DNA from: an uncultured Bacteroidales bacterium
GTDB lineage: Bacteria; Bacteroidota; Bacteroidia; Bacteroidales; F082
Length of the DNA stretch: 64,000 bases
Reading direction: 5' to 3'
NCBI GenBank assembly: GCA_900321315.1
Contig: ONVP01000002.1
Coordinates: forward strand, 272 to 64,271
A program made the position numbers and the translations under genes. This document shows, one piece after another, positions 15,684 to 27,274 of the stretch. The notes under the pieces were generated by a model that was not told the origin of the DNA, did no database searches, and was given only the letters and a program-made list of their open reading frames with translations. The number at the start of each line of letters is the position of its first letter. Position 1 is the stretch's first letter.

Positions 15684-18600
15684 TTAATCCACCACAAATT
15701 TCCGCGTTGCGCCTGCAAAGGTAATGAAAAACATTCCACTATGCAAATCGGAAACATCAATTTGTTGGTTTTCGGCGGTGATGGTGCCTGACAGCAGGGT
15801 TTGGCCCATCAGGTTGGTGATGCGGTAGGTTGTTGCGGGTTGAGACGCAAAGCATTGCGTCTCTACGACGAGGATGCCGCTCGTTGGGTTGGGATAGATA
15901 GAGAATACACCATCAGACAGTTCGTCTATGCCATCATGCAATTCCTGATACACCTCGTCGCAATCCCTGTCGCCGCGCTTGAACACCAGTTCGCCCTCGC
16001 GCCAATGGCAGCGGATGCCTTCTATGCGGAAATTCTTGCTGCGCGTCATCAGCCGTTCGGGGAAGAAACTGGTCATGTGGCCGATGCCGCTCATGATGGT
16101 GCCGCTGAATAGGTCGCCTTCGTCGCTCACTTGCAGCATTCTGTAGGTTGTGCCTTCGTATTCGTATTGCTCCACCGTATCCACGTGCATGGTGAGGCTT
16201 TGCTCGCCCACCCTAATGACCCATTCATCACCGATTTGGGCGCCAAAGTCATAGAGCATGGTGAAATCCTGAAGGGTTTCGTTCCACCAATACACCTTGC
16301 CGAAGCTCTCGTAGATGTATTCTCGGGTCATTTCTCTGTGTCGGCCCTTGTCGTAGAGCGTGTTCGTGCGAATGATGATTTTCACGTCCTTGTTATTGAC
16401 GGTCGTGTCGGCGGCATACTCCAAATGCTGATAGGTGATACTGCCGTTGTCGTTGAGGATTTCGTAGTACCATTCCGTTCCAACGAAAGGATAGCTGACC
16501 TCAATTTCGCCAAACACAGGGAAGCCGTCGTTGATATTGTCATTGTCATATTCCCAACGCTGAACCATAGCAGGTTCCGTAGGATATTGCTCCGCCAAGG
16601 CTTCCGCTCCATAGTTCAAGGCCTCCAAAAGGTCGGTGGTGCCGTATTGTGGTTCGTTGAGTTGCCATTTGGTGGAAGTCATGCCCGAATGGAACGCTGA
16701 AGAGCCATGTAATTCCGGCTCATTCACATGGCCGCAAGCTGGCAGGTCGTTGTCGAGCCAATAGGCATTAAGGTAATGGCAACCTTCAATGCCGTAACCG
16801 ATGATGTTGCCGTAGCCCACCAACACATCCGGAAAAGCGGACAAATCAGGGCCTGAAACGGCACCCGTGTTATAGACATTATAAATGCGAGAATCGGGCG
16901 TGCCAGCAATGCCACCCGCAAACAACCAACCCACATCGTCGGCAGACTCGTCCAATGCCGTGTTCACATTGCCCCGATTGAAACAATTGGCAATAGTTCC
17001 CAAACTATTGCCCGTGATCCCACCTGCCGCGCCCGAATACTTAACGGTTGCCGTGACATTACCTTTGTTGAAGCAACGGATGATGTTGGAAGCGTATGCA
17101 CCAACTATGCCACCAACCAAAGTACCAGAAGTGGTGTTGTGACCTGTAACCCTACCATAATTCTCACAATCTATCACATCAAGATGCGGATTGCTGATCC
17201 ATTCCGAGGGAGACCGCCCGACAATGCCGCCGCAAGCATACTCACCCACAATCTCACCGTAATCGGAATAATGGAAGTCTCCATTAGTGCATTGCGACAC
17301 AGTAACGTGTTCAGCTTCACCCACAATGCCTCCCACACCATAAGTATCAGCGCCTATCACCTTGTATTGATTCTTACAATCCGTAATGGAACCGTTGATC
17401 ATTCGTCCGACAATACCTCCAGCCGCAGATTCACTTTGGATGCAGAAGGCTTGGTAGTACTGAAGTGTAGAGCAATTGGAAATCTCGCAAGGCGCTTGCG
17501 AAAGCGAATAGTCCTTATTGGCTTCCCCAACGATGCCACCAGCAGCCCATGAACCTTTTACCGTCACTGCCTGTCGCACAGAGCAGTTCATGATGTGAAT
17601 GGTCTGTTCGCTCACGCCATGGCTGCCAAACGGCATTCCCACGTAGCCAATCAAGCCGCCAGCCACGCCGTCCCATTTTTCTGTCTTGATGGAAGACGCA
17701 AAGCTGATGCTGCAGTTGGAAATGTCGGTCAAGCCCGCATGACCCACCAAGCCGCCCACATATTTCCCTTGGCCACTGACATGACAAAAGATCATACTCA
17801 CATTGCTGATTTCGGCGCCGTTGGTGCAACCGAACAAGCCGCCCACTGGCTCAAACCAACCGTTATCGATGATTTGACACAAATCATAAATGGAATGTCC
17901 CTGCCCGTCGAAATGGCCAGTGAAAAAACGGGGAACCGTGTCCAATACTCCTCCATTGGCTGTTATGACGGGCATACCGATGGGAGTCCATTCCACCGAA
18001 GCGTTGCCTGGGCAGTTTCCAAGGCTTAGGTCTTTGGTGAGGACATAATAGGCATCGCCGCCCGTGCCGTTGTTGGTTTCATAGGCGAGCAAGGCCAGTT
18101 GTTCCGAAGTGGCAATCTGATAGGGATTTTCGGCAGTGCCATCGCCGCCAGCGTAGGCTTCGGCCACGGTGCCGTCCCAGCAATAGCCGTATTCGTCGCA
18201 ATCATATTCCCCTTCGTGGTAAAGCATCTCACCATCAACGAGATAGCAGCGCAGGTAATCCGGATACGTACCATCATAAACATCCCCTACGCAAGCGTAT
18301 GGATAAGGGAACAATCCATCTACACTTCCTATGCCCTCAATGATGCGACCGTAGTAAAAGTAAAAGAACTCGTCTTCTATCGGGGCAATATTTTGCACCC
18401 GATAGGTGCGGCCTTCCCATGTCACCTCCTCAATGGATTGCACCGTGACCTCAAACGAGCAGGAATCAATGTCGCAAATCCATGTGTCGCCCACTTCGGC
18501 GTCAAAATCGTAAAGCGTGGTGAAGGCCTGCAAGGTTTGGTTGTACCAATACACTTTGCCGTTATCCTCATAGACAAACTGTTTGTCGCCGTTGCCTCCC

Positions 18601-18809
18601 AAATAATGCCGTGTGATGACGCTGCATGTGTGCCCTTGGATGAGGGTGTCGCCTTCCACAGCCATCCGATAGAAAGACGAAGGACTACCCATGAAAGAGC
18701 TGAGGTTGAAGTACCACTCCGCGCCTTGTGGAGCGAAACTGCCTGGCTGCGCCACGCCGCCGAGGGCGAAGGCGATCAGGATTGCTGTTGTTAATAATGT
18801 CTTTTTCAT
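15684..18809 (-). CDS. T9SS-secreted surface protein with GLUG-motif repeats
   Basis: It has a signal peptide (MKKTLLTTAILIAFALGGVAQ). There are many GGLVG/GGIVG/GGLIG GLUG-type repeats. The C-terminal FSIYPNPTSGILVV...GMFFITFAGATRKFVVD is a T9SS sorting domain. Confidence 0.85.
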   Translation of the reverse strand: MKKTLLTTAILIAFALGGVAQPGSFAPQGAEWYFNLSSFMGSPSSFYRMAVEGDTLIQGHTCSVITRHYLGGNGDKQFVYEDNGKVYWYNQTLQAFTTLYDFDAEVGDTWICDIDSCSFEVTVQSIEEVTWEGRTYRVQNIAPIEDEFFYFYYGRIIEGIGSVDGLFPYPYACVGDVYDGTYPDYLRCYLVDGEMLYHEGEYDCDEYGYCWDGTVAEAYAGGDGTAENPYQIATSEQLALLAYETNNGTGGDAYYVLTKDLSLGNCPGNASVEWTPIGMPVITANGGVLDTVPRFFTGHFDGQGHSIYDLCQIIDNGWFEPVGGLFGCTNGAEISNVSMIFCHVSGQGKYVGGLVGHAGLTDISNCSISFASSIKTEKWDGVAGGLIGYVGMPFGSHGVSEQTIHIMNCSVRQAVTVKGSWAAGGIVGEANKDYSLSQAPCEISNCSTLQYYQAFCIQSESAAGGIVGRMINGSITDCKNQYKVIGADTYGVGGIVGEAEHVTVSQCTNGDFHYSDYGEIVGEYACGGIVGRSPSEWISNPHLDVIDCENYGRVTGHNTTSGTLVGGIVGAYASNIIRCFNKGNVTATVKYSGAAGGITGNSLGTIANCFNRGNVNTALDESADDVGWLFAGGIAGTPDSRIYNVYNTGAVSGPDLSAFPDVLVGYGNIIGYGIEGCHYLNAYWLDNDLPACGHVNEPELHGSSAFHSGMTSTKWQLNEPQYGTTDLLEALNYGAEALAEQYPTEPAMVQRWEYDNDNINDGFPVFGEIEVSYPFVGTEWYYEILNDNGSITYQHLEYAADTTVNNKDVKIIIRTNTLYDKGRHREMTREYIYESFGKVYWWNETLQDFTMLYDFGAQIGDEWVIRVGEQSLTMHVDTVEQYEYEGTTYRMLQVSDEGDLFSGTIMSGIGHMTSFFPERLMTRSKNFRIEGIRCHWREGELVFKRGDRDCDEVYQELHDGIDELSDGVFSIYPNPTSGILVVETQCFASQPATTYRITNLMGQTLLSGTITAENQQIDVSDLHSGMFFITFAGATRKFVVD

Positions 18810-18851
18810 TGTTTTAAATATTTGATTATTAATTATTTAATTTCTCTTTTT

Positions 18852-18918
18852 AGCTATTAGCTTTTAGCCGTTAGCAGCGTCAAAGCCGCTAATAGCTAAC
18901 AGCTAAAGGCTAATAGCT
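18852..18918. terminator. Long inverted repeat (24-nt arms, 2 mismatches) downstream of the TPR/HTH regulator
   Basis: agctattagcttttagccgttagc (18852-18875) pairs with gctaacagctaaaggctaatagct (18895-18918). An inner agcg/cgct stem is also present. Confidence 0.55.
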
Positions 18919-20396
18919 TATACTGCATTGACAATCTCCTCAAACGTTCGGTTGTCGTCCGTGAGGTTCATCTTCATTTGCTTGATGCGGGTCTTGCGTT
19001 TGTAATAGGACTCGGTTTGGGTGTCCAAGAGGATGGAAATCACTTGGTTGGAGAAACCGTTTTTGGAGAGGCAGCAGATGCGCACGTCCCACTTGCCGAG
19101 TTTGGGGTAGCGTTCGAGCAGGCGCTGCGAGAAGCCGTCATAGACCAAGTCGGTGAGGCTGATGAAGTCGGCCCAGTCGTCGTCGGTGAGGGTGAAGTTC
19201 ATCGCGTCGGCGGTCACCTGTTCGCTGAGGCTTTGCGCCGTGGCGTAAATCTTGTTGCGCCCCATGATTTTGCTCGTCATCAGCAGGTCTTTTTGCGAGA
19301 GCGTCTGACGGTCGCGGCGGAGGTCGTCGTTGGTGCGGATGAGGTTTTCCATGTCACTCACCAATTCGTGGATGCGGTTTTGGTCGCGCTCCACCTGATT
19401 TTGGAACTGCGCCACGGCCAATTTGTGGTCGCCCACTTTCTTCCTCACAATCAGCACGATAACCAGCATGGCAATCACCGCTGCCGCAATGATGAGCAAA
19501 AGTTTGAGGCTGCGGTTGCGCATCACGACTTCCATCTCGCTCTTTTGGGCTTTCAGTTCATACTCAGCCTTCAGGCGTTGCAGGTTGTCGGAAGCGTGCT
19601 CTTGGTCGCTCTGCATCATGCTTTGGGTGAAAAGGTCCTGATAGTCAGTGGCCAATTGGTAGTTGCCCTCGTTGTAGGCGATGGCGTAAAGCGTTTGATA
19701 GACCGACATTCTCAGTCCGGTGCGCTCGCTGCGGAGAGCGGCTTCCAAGTATGTCTTGGCCTCGGCGTAATTCTTTGTGTAGTAACAAAGTACGCCCATC
19801 GTCATGTTGGCGATGTCGGTGTTGTTGTCGTCAAGGCCGCCTTCCAAGGCGCGGCTCACGCACTCGACGGCCTTGGGGAAGTTGCCCGTAGGCAAGTAGT
19901 AGTCGCGGCCCATTTCGAGGTAGAGGTCGTTCTGCATGGCCTCGTCATTCAACAATGCGGCGATGCTGAAAGCCGTGTCGTAGTAGCGTTTGGCTTGGTT
20001 GAACTGCTCCATCGAGTTCGCCACGCGGCCACAGTTGCGCATGGCGGTCATCACTTCGGCGGAGTCGTTCACCTGACGGAAACATTCGATGGCCTCGCGG
20101 TGCATCGTGAGCGCATCGTCAAAGAGGCCGTGCTTGTTGTACATCGCGCCGAGGTTGTCTTTCAGTTGGCCTTCCAAGCGGACGGTCTTTTCGTCCGTTT
20201 CGCCCTTGCCAAGGAGGTCTAAGGCTTGGAGGAAACGCTTGGCGGCCTCTTCGGAGAGGCGTTGTTCGCGCAGTTCGGTGCCTTCTTCATATAAGGTACG
20301 CGCACGCTCGTAGCGTTTTTCCGGCGTGTCGCAGGCGGTCATCATCGCGCCGAGTGCGACGGCCAAAAGAATGAGGTATTTCCGTTTTGCTTTCAT
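18918..20396 (-). CDS. TPR-repeat membrane-anchored regulator with C-terminal LuxR/GerE-like HTH
   Basis: It has a signal/lipobox (LGAMMTAC) and TPR-like units. A TM helix (LKLLLIIAAAVIAMLVIVLIV) follows. The C-terminal WDVRICCLSKNGFSNQVISILLD is HTH-like. Confidence 0.75.
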   Translation of the reverse strand: MKAKRKYLILLAVALGAMMTACDTPEKRYERARTLYEEGTELREQRLSEEAAKRFLQALDLLGKGETDEKTVRLEGQLKDNLGAMYNKHGLFDDALTMHREAIECFRQVNDSAEVMTAMRNCGRVANSMEQFNQAKRYYDTAFSIAALLNDEAMQNDLYLEMGRDYYLPTGNFPKAVECVSRALEGGLDDNNTDIANMTMGVLCYYTKNYAEAKTYLEAALRSERTGLRMSVYQTLYAIAYNEGNYQLATDYQDLFTQSMMQSDQEHASDNLQRLKAEYELKAQKSEMEVVMRNRSLKLLLIIAAAVIAMLVIVLIVRKKVGDHKLAVAQFQNQVERDQNRIHELVSDMENLIRTNDDLRRDRQTLSQKDLLMTSKIMGRNKIYATAQSLSEQVTADAMNFTLTDDDWADFISLTDLVYDGFSQRLLERYPKLGKWDVRICCLSKNGFSNQVISILLDTQTESYYKRKTRIKQMKMNLTDDNRTFEEIVNAV

Positions 20397-20621
20397 AGGC
20401 TATAGATTTCTGACGCAAAAATATAGAGAAAAAATGCTTGTCAAAAGGTTTTTTGGGCCTCTAAAATCCTTGTCCATATAATTTTTTGTCTGTCCCTATT
20501 CAAAATATTGGTTTTCAAAAGATTGAGTTTTATAAGGACAAGTTTTTGTCCCTATGATTCTCCTCAGTTTTGGTTCGGATTTCCCCGTTTTTCCCTATTT
20601 TTGCCGCAAAACTCGCATAGA

Positions 20622-22871
20622 ATGAACAGATTCTTTCTCGCCATGGCACTCCCGATGCTGCTTTTAGGCTGCCGAAAACCCTCTTCCGATGCCTCTTGGA
20701 ACCTTATCACTGACCATCCAGCGCAAATCTGGGAAGAATGCTTTCCCTTGGGCAACGGTCATCTCGGCATGATGCCCGACGGCAATCTTGAAAATGAAAC
20801 TATCGTGCTGAACGACATTACTTTATGGTCGGGAGGGCCGAGCGACGACAGCAATCCCAAGGCCTTGCAGTCGCTGCCCGAAATCCAGCGTTTGCTGAAA
20901 GAAGGCAAGAACGACGAGGCCCAAAACCTGATGTACGAGACTTTCGTTTGCGGCGGTGCTGGCTCGGGCCACGGACAAGGTGCCAAAGTTCCGTTTGGCT
21001 GCTATCAGACCTTGGGCAACATGACCATTGAATACCAATATCCCAATGATGATTCCGTAACCAATTATAAACGAGAGCTTTGCCTCAATGATGCCATTCA
21101 CAAGGTTTCATTCGAGAAAGGCGGACAATACTATGAGCGTGAGGCTTTCATTTCCCGATTGGACGACGTGGCTGTCGTGCGTCTGTCGGGTCCCGTCAGT
21201 GTTTCGCTCAGGCTTTCAAGGGAAGAGAAGGCCGAAGTCTTTGCGGATTCTGCCGGCGTGGCGATGTTTGGCCAGTTGGATAGCCATGTGGAAGACGTGA
21301 ATGGAATGCTATATTATGCTAAAACACAGAAAGTTACATCAAACAGCGAAACATTCATCTACTTTTGCTCGGCCACCGATTTCATGTGCGACGACCCTGA
21401 GGCATACGTCTGTGAGCATTTGCAAAAGGCCATCGAAAAAGGCTTTGAGACGGTGAAAAAAGACCATTTGAAAACCTACCACGAGTTGTTTGACCGCGTT
21501 GAACTTCAAATTGGCGAACACAAAGAAAATCACGATCTTACCTTGGAGGAGCACTGGCGCGATTTCTTGGAAAACGACGACCCTTGGCTGCCAGTGTGCT
21601 ATTTCCACTTTGGCCGCTACCTGCTCATCAGTTCCACGCGCGAGGACCTGTTGCCGCCCAATCTGCAAGGGCTTTGGGCCAACACAATCCAACCCCCTTG
21701 GAACGGCGATTATCACCTGAACATCAACGTGGAAATGAACCACTGGCCATGCGAGATCTGCAACCTCTCGGAGCTGCATTTGCCACTAATCCGTTTTGCC
21801 GAAAGGCTCATGCCGTCGGGGCGAAAAACGGCGCAGTCGTTTTACGGTGCGCGGGGCTGGACGGCGCATGTGGTGTGCAATCCTTGGGGTTTCACGGCTC
21901 CGGGCGAGCATCCCTCATGGGGCGCCACCAACACGGGCGGCGCCTGGCTGGCCTTGCACGCTTGGCAGCATTATGAGTTTACACAAGACCTTGATTTTCT
22001 GGAAGAAACCTATCCTTTGATGAAAGAGGCAGCACGGTTTTTCCTCGACGCAATGATTGAGGAACCCGAGCAGGGCTGGCTTGTCACCGCCCCGACCACC
22101 TCGCCTGAGAATGCCTTTTGGCTCAACGACAGCACGGCGGTGAGCGTGTGCATGGGAAGCACGATGGATGTGCAGATTGTCAGCGAGTTATACGATGCCG
22201 TATGCCAATCAGCGGAACTGTTGGGCGTGGATTCGGCCTTCGCCGACAGCCTCCGAAAAGCGAAAGCATTGTTTCCACCCATGCAGGTCAGCGAGGAGGG
22301 TTATTTGCAGGAATGGCTGAAGGATTACAAAGAGGTGGAACCGCAGCACCGCCATGTGTCGCATTTGTTTGGCCTTTATCCAGGCACGATGCTGACGCCT
22401 TTCAAGACGCCCGAACTGATGGAACCCTGCCGGCAGACCTTGCTCCGGCGCGGCGACGAAGGCACGGGCTGGTCGCGGGCATGGAAAATCTGCTTCTGGG
22501 CACGCCTCGGCGACGGCGACCATGCTTATCAGCTGTTGAAAAACCTGCTTCAGCCCGCCATCCAGCCCGACGGAAGCCATCAAGCGGGCACGTATCCCAA
22601 CCTTTTCTGCGCGCATCCGCCTTTCCAAATCGACGGCAACTTTGGCGGCACGGCAGGCATCGCCGAGATGCTGCTGCAAAGCCACGATGGGAAAACTGAG
22701 CTGCTGCCGGCTTTGCCCTCGGCATGGAAAAGCGGACATTTCAAAGGATTGTGCACCCGTGGCGGCGAAATGATGGAATGCGCTTGGAGGGATGGAAAAG
22801 TCGTCCGTTTCTCCCAGTCCAAAAAACAAATCCCGCGCAACTCATCAGAATCACGCGGGACTTCGTTTTGA
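20622..22871 (+). CDS. Glycoside hydrolase family 95 (alpha-L-fucosidase-like)
   Basis: [14 protein letters not shown]...[15 protein letters not shown] (GH65N_2-type N-terminus) and [23 protein letters not shown] are GH95 hallmarks. Start trimmed to the ATG at 20622 ([17 protein letters not shown] signal). Confidence 0.85.
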   Translation: MNRFFLAMALPMLLLGCRKPSSDASWNLITDHPAQIWEECFPLGNGHLGMMPDGNLENETIVLNDITLWSGGPSDDSNPKALQSLPEIQRLLKEGKNDEAQNLMYETFVCGGAGSGHGQGAKVPFGCYQTLGNMTIEYQYPNDDSVTNYKRELCLNDAIHKVSFEKGGQYYEREAFISRLDDVAVVRLSGPVSVSLRLSREEKAEVFADSAGVAMFGQLDSHVEDVNGMLYYAKTQKVTSNSETFIYFCSATDFMCDDPEAYVCEHLQKAIEKGFETVKKDHLKTYHELFDRVELQIGEHKENHDLTLEEHWRDFLENDDPWLPVCYFHFGRYLLISSTREDLLPPNLQGLWANTIQPPWNGDYHLNINVEMNHWPCEICNLSELHLPLIRFAERLMPSGRKTAQSFYGARGWTAHVVCNPWGFTAPGEHPSWGATNTGGAWLALHAWQHYEFTQDLDFLEETYPLMKEAARFFLDAMIEEPEQGWLVTAPTTSPENAFWLNDSTAVSVCMGSTMDVQIVSELYDAVCQSAELLGVDSAFADSLRKAKALFPPMQVSEEGYLQEWLKDYKEVEPQHRHVSHLFGLYPGTMLTPFKTPELMEPCRQTLLRRGDEGTGWSRAWKICFWARLGDGDHAYQLLKNLLQPAIQPDGSHQAGTYPNLFCAHPPFQIDGNFGGTAGIAEMLLQSHDGKTELLPALPSAWKSGHFKGLCTRGGEMMECAWRDGKVVRFSQSKKQIPRNSSESRGTSF

Positions 22872-22882
22872 CACTATCGGAA

Positions 22883-24955
22883 TCACTCCTTCTGGTTGCG
22901 TTCCTTGACGATTTCCTCCTGTTTTTCCTTCGGTGTCGGCATGTATTGGTGGAACTCCATCGAATAGTTGGCGCGGCCCGAAGTGAGGTTGCGCAAAGCG
23001 GTGGCATAGCCGAACATCTCCATCAGCGGGACGAAGGCATCCAACTTCTGCGAACCCTTGCGGAAACGCCTCATCGCCTCGATGCGGCCACGGCGCTTAT
23101 TGACGTCGCCGGTCACATTGCCGATGTAGTCGTCGGGCGTGTTGATTTCCACCTTCATCACAGGCTCAAGCAGCACAGGATTAGCTTTCATGAAAGCTTG
23201 CTTGAAGCACATTTGGGCGCAGAGCTGGAAGGCCATGTCGCTGGAATCGACGGGGTGCGAGCTGCCGTCCACGAGGACGCATTTCACATCCACGACGGGA
23301 TAGCCCGCGAAAGGACCTTTGTTCATGGCCGCGGCCAAACCTTTCTGCACCGAGGGGATGTATTCCTTCGGAATCACGCCGCCCTTGGTAATATCGACGA
23401 ACTCGAAGCCGCCGCCTGGGTTAGGCTCGAAGCGGATGACGGTGTGGGCAAATTGGCCCTTGCCGCCGGTCTGCTTGGCATACTTGTAGTTGCACTCGAA
23501 AGGCGCAGTGATGGTCTCGCGGAACGATACCGAAGGCGCGCCCACCGTGACCGGCACCTTGAACTCCTCCTTCAAACGGTCCACAATGATTTCCAAATGC
23601 AACTCACCCATGCCCGCGATGATGGTCTCTTCGGTTTCCTCGTCGAAATGGGCGCGGAACGACGGGTCTTCGTTGCAAAGCTTGGCCAAAGCCTCACCGA
23701 GTTTGTTGCGGTTCTTCTTGTCATCAAGGTTCACCTTCATTTCGATGACCGCTGGCGGTATATTAATGGATTCCAACAAGATAGGCTGCTTGTCCTCCTC
23801 GCAGAGAGTGTCGCCCGTCTTGGTGTATTTCATGCCCACAAGAGCGACGATTTCGCCCGCACCGGCTTCAGTGATTTCCTCGCGTTCTTTCGCCTTAATA
23901 CGGAAAATGCGTCCCACGCGCTCGCTCTTCATCTTGTTGGTGTTATAGACGCTCATGCCGTTCACCAACTTGCCGCTGAAGATACGGATGAAAGTCTGCT
24001 GGCCCACATACGGGTCGTTGATGAGCTTGAAGGCCAAAGCCGAAAGCGGCTCATTTTCAGAGGGATTACGCTGGTATGTCTTCTCCTCGTTGGCGGGGTC
24101 GTGCGCGATGACCGCGCCGAGGTCGTTGGGCGAAGGCAGGTAGTCCACGACGGCATCCAAAAGGAGCTGGATACCTTTGTTCTTATAGGCTGCACCGCAG
24201 AGCACCGGCACCATCATCAGTTTGATGGTGGCCTTGCGGATGGCGGCCATCAGTTTGTCGGTGGGAATTTCTTGGTCGTCCAAGTAGAGTTCGGCAATCT
24301 CGTCGTCGAGGTCGGCGACCTTCTCAATGAGGTTGCGGCGGGCATCCTGAGCTTGTTCCATCATGTGTTCCGGAATCGGGCCGACGATGCGCTCTTTCTC
24401 AATGAAGCGCACCGAGTTCATCTGAACCAAGTCAATCATGCCTTCAAACGTGTTCTCCACGCCGATGGGTAAATGCAGCGGCACCGCATTGGCACCCAGA
24501 TACTTGTGCATTTGATTGACCACCTCTTGGAAGTCGGCGCCCGTGCGGTCCATTTTGTTCACGAAAGCGATGCGCGGCACGCGGTATTTGTCGGCTTGGT
24601 TCCACACCGTTTCCGATTGCGGCTCCACGCCACCCACGGCGCAAAACACCGCCACCATGCCGTCGATGACACGCAGCGAGCGTTCCACCTCAATGGTGAA
24701 ATCAACGTGGCCGGGAGTGTCGATGAGGTTGATTTGGTAGCCGTTCCATTGCGCAGTGATGGCCGCCGAAGCGATGGTGATGCCGCGCTCCTGCTCCTGT
24801 TTCATAAAGTCCATGGTGGCTTGTCCGTCGTGCGTCTCGCCCACCTTGCGGTTCACGCCCGTGAAGAACAAGATACGTTCGGAAACCGTAGTTTTTCCCG
24901 CATCGATATGCGCAGCGATACCGATGTTTCTCAATTTTGAAATACTTTGATTCAT
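22883..24955 (-). CDS. Elongation factor G family GTPase (paralogue)
   Basis: The G motifs [17 protein letters not shown] and NKMD are present, with the full five-domain length (690 aa). Confidence 0.95.
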   Translation of the reverse strand: MNQSISKLRNIGIAAHIDAGKTTVSERILFFTGVNRKVGETHDGQATMDFMKQEQERGITIASAAITAQWNGYQINLIDTPGHVDFTIEVERSLRVIDGMVAVFCAVGGVEPQSETVWNQADKYRVPRIAFVNKMDRTGADFQEVVNQMHKYLGANAVPLHLPIGVENTFEGMIDLVQMNSVRFIEKERIVGPIPEHMMEQAQDARRNLIEKVADLDDEIAELYLDDQEIPTDKLMAAIRKATIKLMMVPVLCGAAYKNKGIQLLLDAVVDYLPSPNDLGAVIAHDPANEEKTYQRNPSENEPLSALAFKLINDPYVGQQTFIRIFSGKLVNGMSVYNTNKMKSERVGRIFRIKAKEREEITEAGAGEIVALVGMKYTKTGDTLCEEDKQPILLESINIPPAVIEMKVNLDDKKNRNKLGEALAKLCNEDPSFRAHFDEETEETIIAGMGELHLEIIVDRLKEEFKVPVTVGAPSVSFRETITAPFECNYKYAKQTGGKGQFAHTVIRFEPNPGGGFEFVDITKGGVIPKEYIPSVQKGLAAAMNKGPFAGYPVVDVKCVLVDGSSHPVDSSDMAFQLCAQMCFKQAFMKANPVLLEPVMKVEINTPDDYIGNVTGDVNKRRGRIEAMRRFRKGSQKLDAFVPLMEMFGYATALRNLTSGRANYSMEFHQYMPTPKEKQEEIVKERNQKE

Positions 24956-25093
24956 TGTATTGTGTTGATTTTTAATTGTTTACAGTTTAAACCTTGGGTT
25001 TTTGATTCGGGCGGCAAAGGTACAAAAAATATTTGGATTGACGAGTGGTGAAAACATTTTGTTCAAAGCCTTTTGTTAATCGCAAAAAAAATG

Positions 25094-25101
25094 TACTTTT
25101 G
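25094..25101 (+). promoter_or_regulatory. -7 box (TACTTTTG) upstream of the ABC exporter
   Basis: Matches TAnnTTTG and lies 36 nt upstream of the ATG at 25137. Confidence 0.45.
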
Positions 25102-25136
25102 CCACTGAAAATGAACCCATTAATGAACGTTTCCTT

Positions 25137-26927
25137 ATGAATCTTTTTCAACTCTTCAAAAACGTAAAGCCTTTTGTTAAACCATACAAGTGGCTGGTTT
25201 TCATCACATTGATTCTAACTTTAATCGGTTCGCTGATGGCGCAGGTGAATGCCATCGTGCTTGACTGGACCGTCGATGAGGTGAACGACCTCGTTACGGC
25301 GGGCGAAAAATGGGGACAACGGGCGATGCACATTGTCATCCTCATCTCGTCTGTGCTCCTCGGTAAGGAAATCCTGTCGGCAGTCATCACCTACGCGCAA
25401 AACTATTACGGCGAGCGGATGCGTATCTTTGTGAGCCGCGACCTCGCCCAAAGCGTCATCGAAAAGGTGCTGACTTTCACGATGGCTTTCTTCAACTCGG
25501 GCGAAAACGTCACGGGCAAGCTCCAAGCCCGTATCGACCAAGGTGTCAGCTCGTTATCGCGCACGGTGCAAAACTTCTTCATCGACTTGTTGCCGCTGTT
25601 CACAAGCGCCCTCTTGGCCTTGATTCTTATGTTTGCTGCCAACGTGTATGTCGGACTGGTGGCCTTGGGCATCGTGCCGGTTTACTTTTGGATTACTGTC
25701 CGCCAAGCGCGAAGGCTGAAAGGCTGGCGTCGCGAGATGCGCAACCACTTGGAAACCAAGAGCCAAGGCATCAAAAACATCATCGACTCCATCAATGTCA
25801 TCAAGAGTTTCAACCGCGAGCAAATCGAAGGGCAAAAGCAGCTTGATATCCAAAACCAAGTCACTGAAAACCAGATGAAAACACGTCGCGTGGCGTTCTA
25901 TTACAATGGCGTGAAGAGTTTCGTGAAGCAGGTCGGTACAGTGCTGGTCATTATCCTGACGGCATACCTTGTATTAATAGGCTACCCGGGCATGACCATC
26001 GGTAAAATCATGTATCACGTCATGCTGTTCAGCAACGTCATCGCACCTATCACGCAGCTGCAGCGCATTTTCGACGACGTGAACGACGCGCTCATCTACG
26101 CCGAGGGCTTTTTCAGCATCCTCGACTCGGAAAAGGACATCGAGCCGTCGGGAAATTATCGTCCCGAAAAGATCCACGGCAAGTTTGAACTCAAGCACGT
26201 GGACTTCACCTATCCCAATGGAAATCAAGCCCTTTACGACATCAACATGACCATCGAGCCGAACAAAATCACGGCTTTGGTGGGACTTTCGGGCGCGGGC
26301 AAGAGCACCATCGTGAACTTGTTGGACAAGTTCTACGAGCCGCAAGTCGGCACCATCACTTTGGACGGCATCGACCTGCGCGAATACGACACCCAATTCC
26401 TCCGCGAGAACATCGGCCTCGTGCTGCAAAAGAACCACATTTTTGACGGCACGATTGAGGAAAACATCCTTTACGGCAACCCGAATGCCACGCACGAGGA
26501 AGTGGTGGAAGCCGCCAAAAAATCGTACATCTACGACCAAATCATGGAGCTGCCAAAGCAGTTCGAGAACAAGGCCTCCGACCTCTCGGGCGGCCAGCAG
26601 CAGCGCATCGCCATCGCGCGAATGTTCCTCAAAAACCCGCCCATCATCTTCCTTGACGAGCCCACTGCCAGCCTCGATGCCATCGCCACCGAGCAAATCA
26701 AGAACAGTCTCGACGCCATCAAGAAAGACCGCACCGTCATCATCATCTCGCACAGCATTTCGCAAATCATTGACAGCGAGATGGTTTACGCCCTCAAGAC
26801 AGGCCACGTTGAGGAATCCGGCCATCCCGATGAAATCTACAAGAAAGGCGGCATATACAAGGACATCATCGATGCCTCGGCACGAAGCTTGAACATTGAG
26901 AAGATTGCTAAAACCGTTACATCCTAA
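25137..26927 (+). CDS. ABC transporter, fused permease/ATP-binding protein (MsbA-like exporter)
   Basis: It has six N-terminal TM segments. Walker A is GLSGAGKST, the signature is LSGGQQQRIAIAR, and Walker B is IIFLDEPTASLD. The last three codons and the stop lie inside the 39-bp direct repeat. Confidence 0.9.
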   Translation: MNLFQLFKNVKPFVKPYKWLVFITLILTLIGSLMAQVNAIVLDWTVDEVNDLVTAGEKWGQRAMHIVILISSVLLGKEILSAVITYAQNYYGERMRIFVSRDLAQSVIEKVLTFTMAFFNSGENVTGKLQARIDQGVSSLSRTVQNFFIDLLPLFTSALLALILMFAANVYVGLVALGIVPVYFWITVRQARRLKGWRREMRNHLETKSQGIKNIIDSINVIKSFNREQIEGQKQLDIQNQVTENQMKTRRVAFYYNGVKSFVKQVGTVLVIILTAYLVLIGYPGMTIGKIMYHVMLFSNVIAPITQLQRIFDDVNDALIYAEGFFSILDSEKDIEPSGNYRPEKIHGKFELKHVDFTYPNGNQALYDINMTIEPNKITALVGLSGAGKSTIVNLLDKFYEPQVGTITLDGIDLREYDTQFLRENIGLVLQKNHIFDGTIEENILYGNPNATHEEVVEAAKKSYIYDQIMELPKQFENKASDLSGGQQQRIAIARMFLKNPPIIFLDEPTASLDAIATEQIKNSLDAIKKDRTVIIISHSISQIIDSEMVYALKTGHVEESGHPDEIYKKGGIYKDIIDASARSLNIEKIAKTVTS

Positions 26928-26976
26928 ACACCCCAAACTGCTGCGGCGGGAAGGGTTGGTTTAATGAGGCGGCAAT
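26917..26976. repeat. Left direct repeat of the RM island: extra copy of the last 19 codons plus stop of the carboxyltransferase gene
   Basis: 26917-26955 is identical to 30509-30547 (39 nt, checked base by base). The next 21 nt differ at several positions but still encode I-A-A-S-L-N-Q on the minus strand, the same residues as the intact gene. Confidence 0.85.
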
Positions 26977-27274
26977 TATTTTTTCCTGAAGGAATGGAAG
27001 AGATTGGGGAATAATTATGGATTATTTGGGTGTTGATGAGTTCAGCTGCAAAGATTTGCATGGAAAGTCCAAAAACCAAGGGAAAGAGGACAAAGGATAG
27101 TCTTTCCATATTGAGAATTATCGATTGTTGGGCACATAGATAAATAATATGGAAAAAGGGGAGTGTGATTTGTGAATATTATTAAATCAGTATGGGGAGC
27201 TATGGGTCTTTGACTATTCATGAGTTTGTTTTGGAAAAAGGGAGAAAAATAAACTTGCCATTGGCAAAAATGAG

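Noticed and set aside
20508-20621. A 38-codon N-terminal extension of the GH95 ORF (TTG start), and similar extensions at 52663, 45271..46365, 33923..33955, 11601 and 10408.
   Set aside because: In each case an internal ATG gives a canonical signal peptide or the conserved family N-terminus and is preceded by a TAnnTTTG box. The extensions run through promoter-like AT-rich sequence.
22724-24472. A 582-aa plus-strand ORF, and similar long ORFs at 18978..20222, 25974..26936, 35271..36761, 43805..45190, 47264..48550, 50335..52323 and 55891..57288.
   Set aside because: All lie antisense to strongly supported conserved genes (EF-G, TPR regulator, ABC exporter, polA, mutA, PNGase-like, TerD-like, DUF1846). 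They have V/H/G/A/R/D-rich compositions with no motifs. These are the usual shadow ORFs of GC-rich coding DNA.
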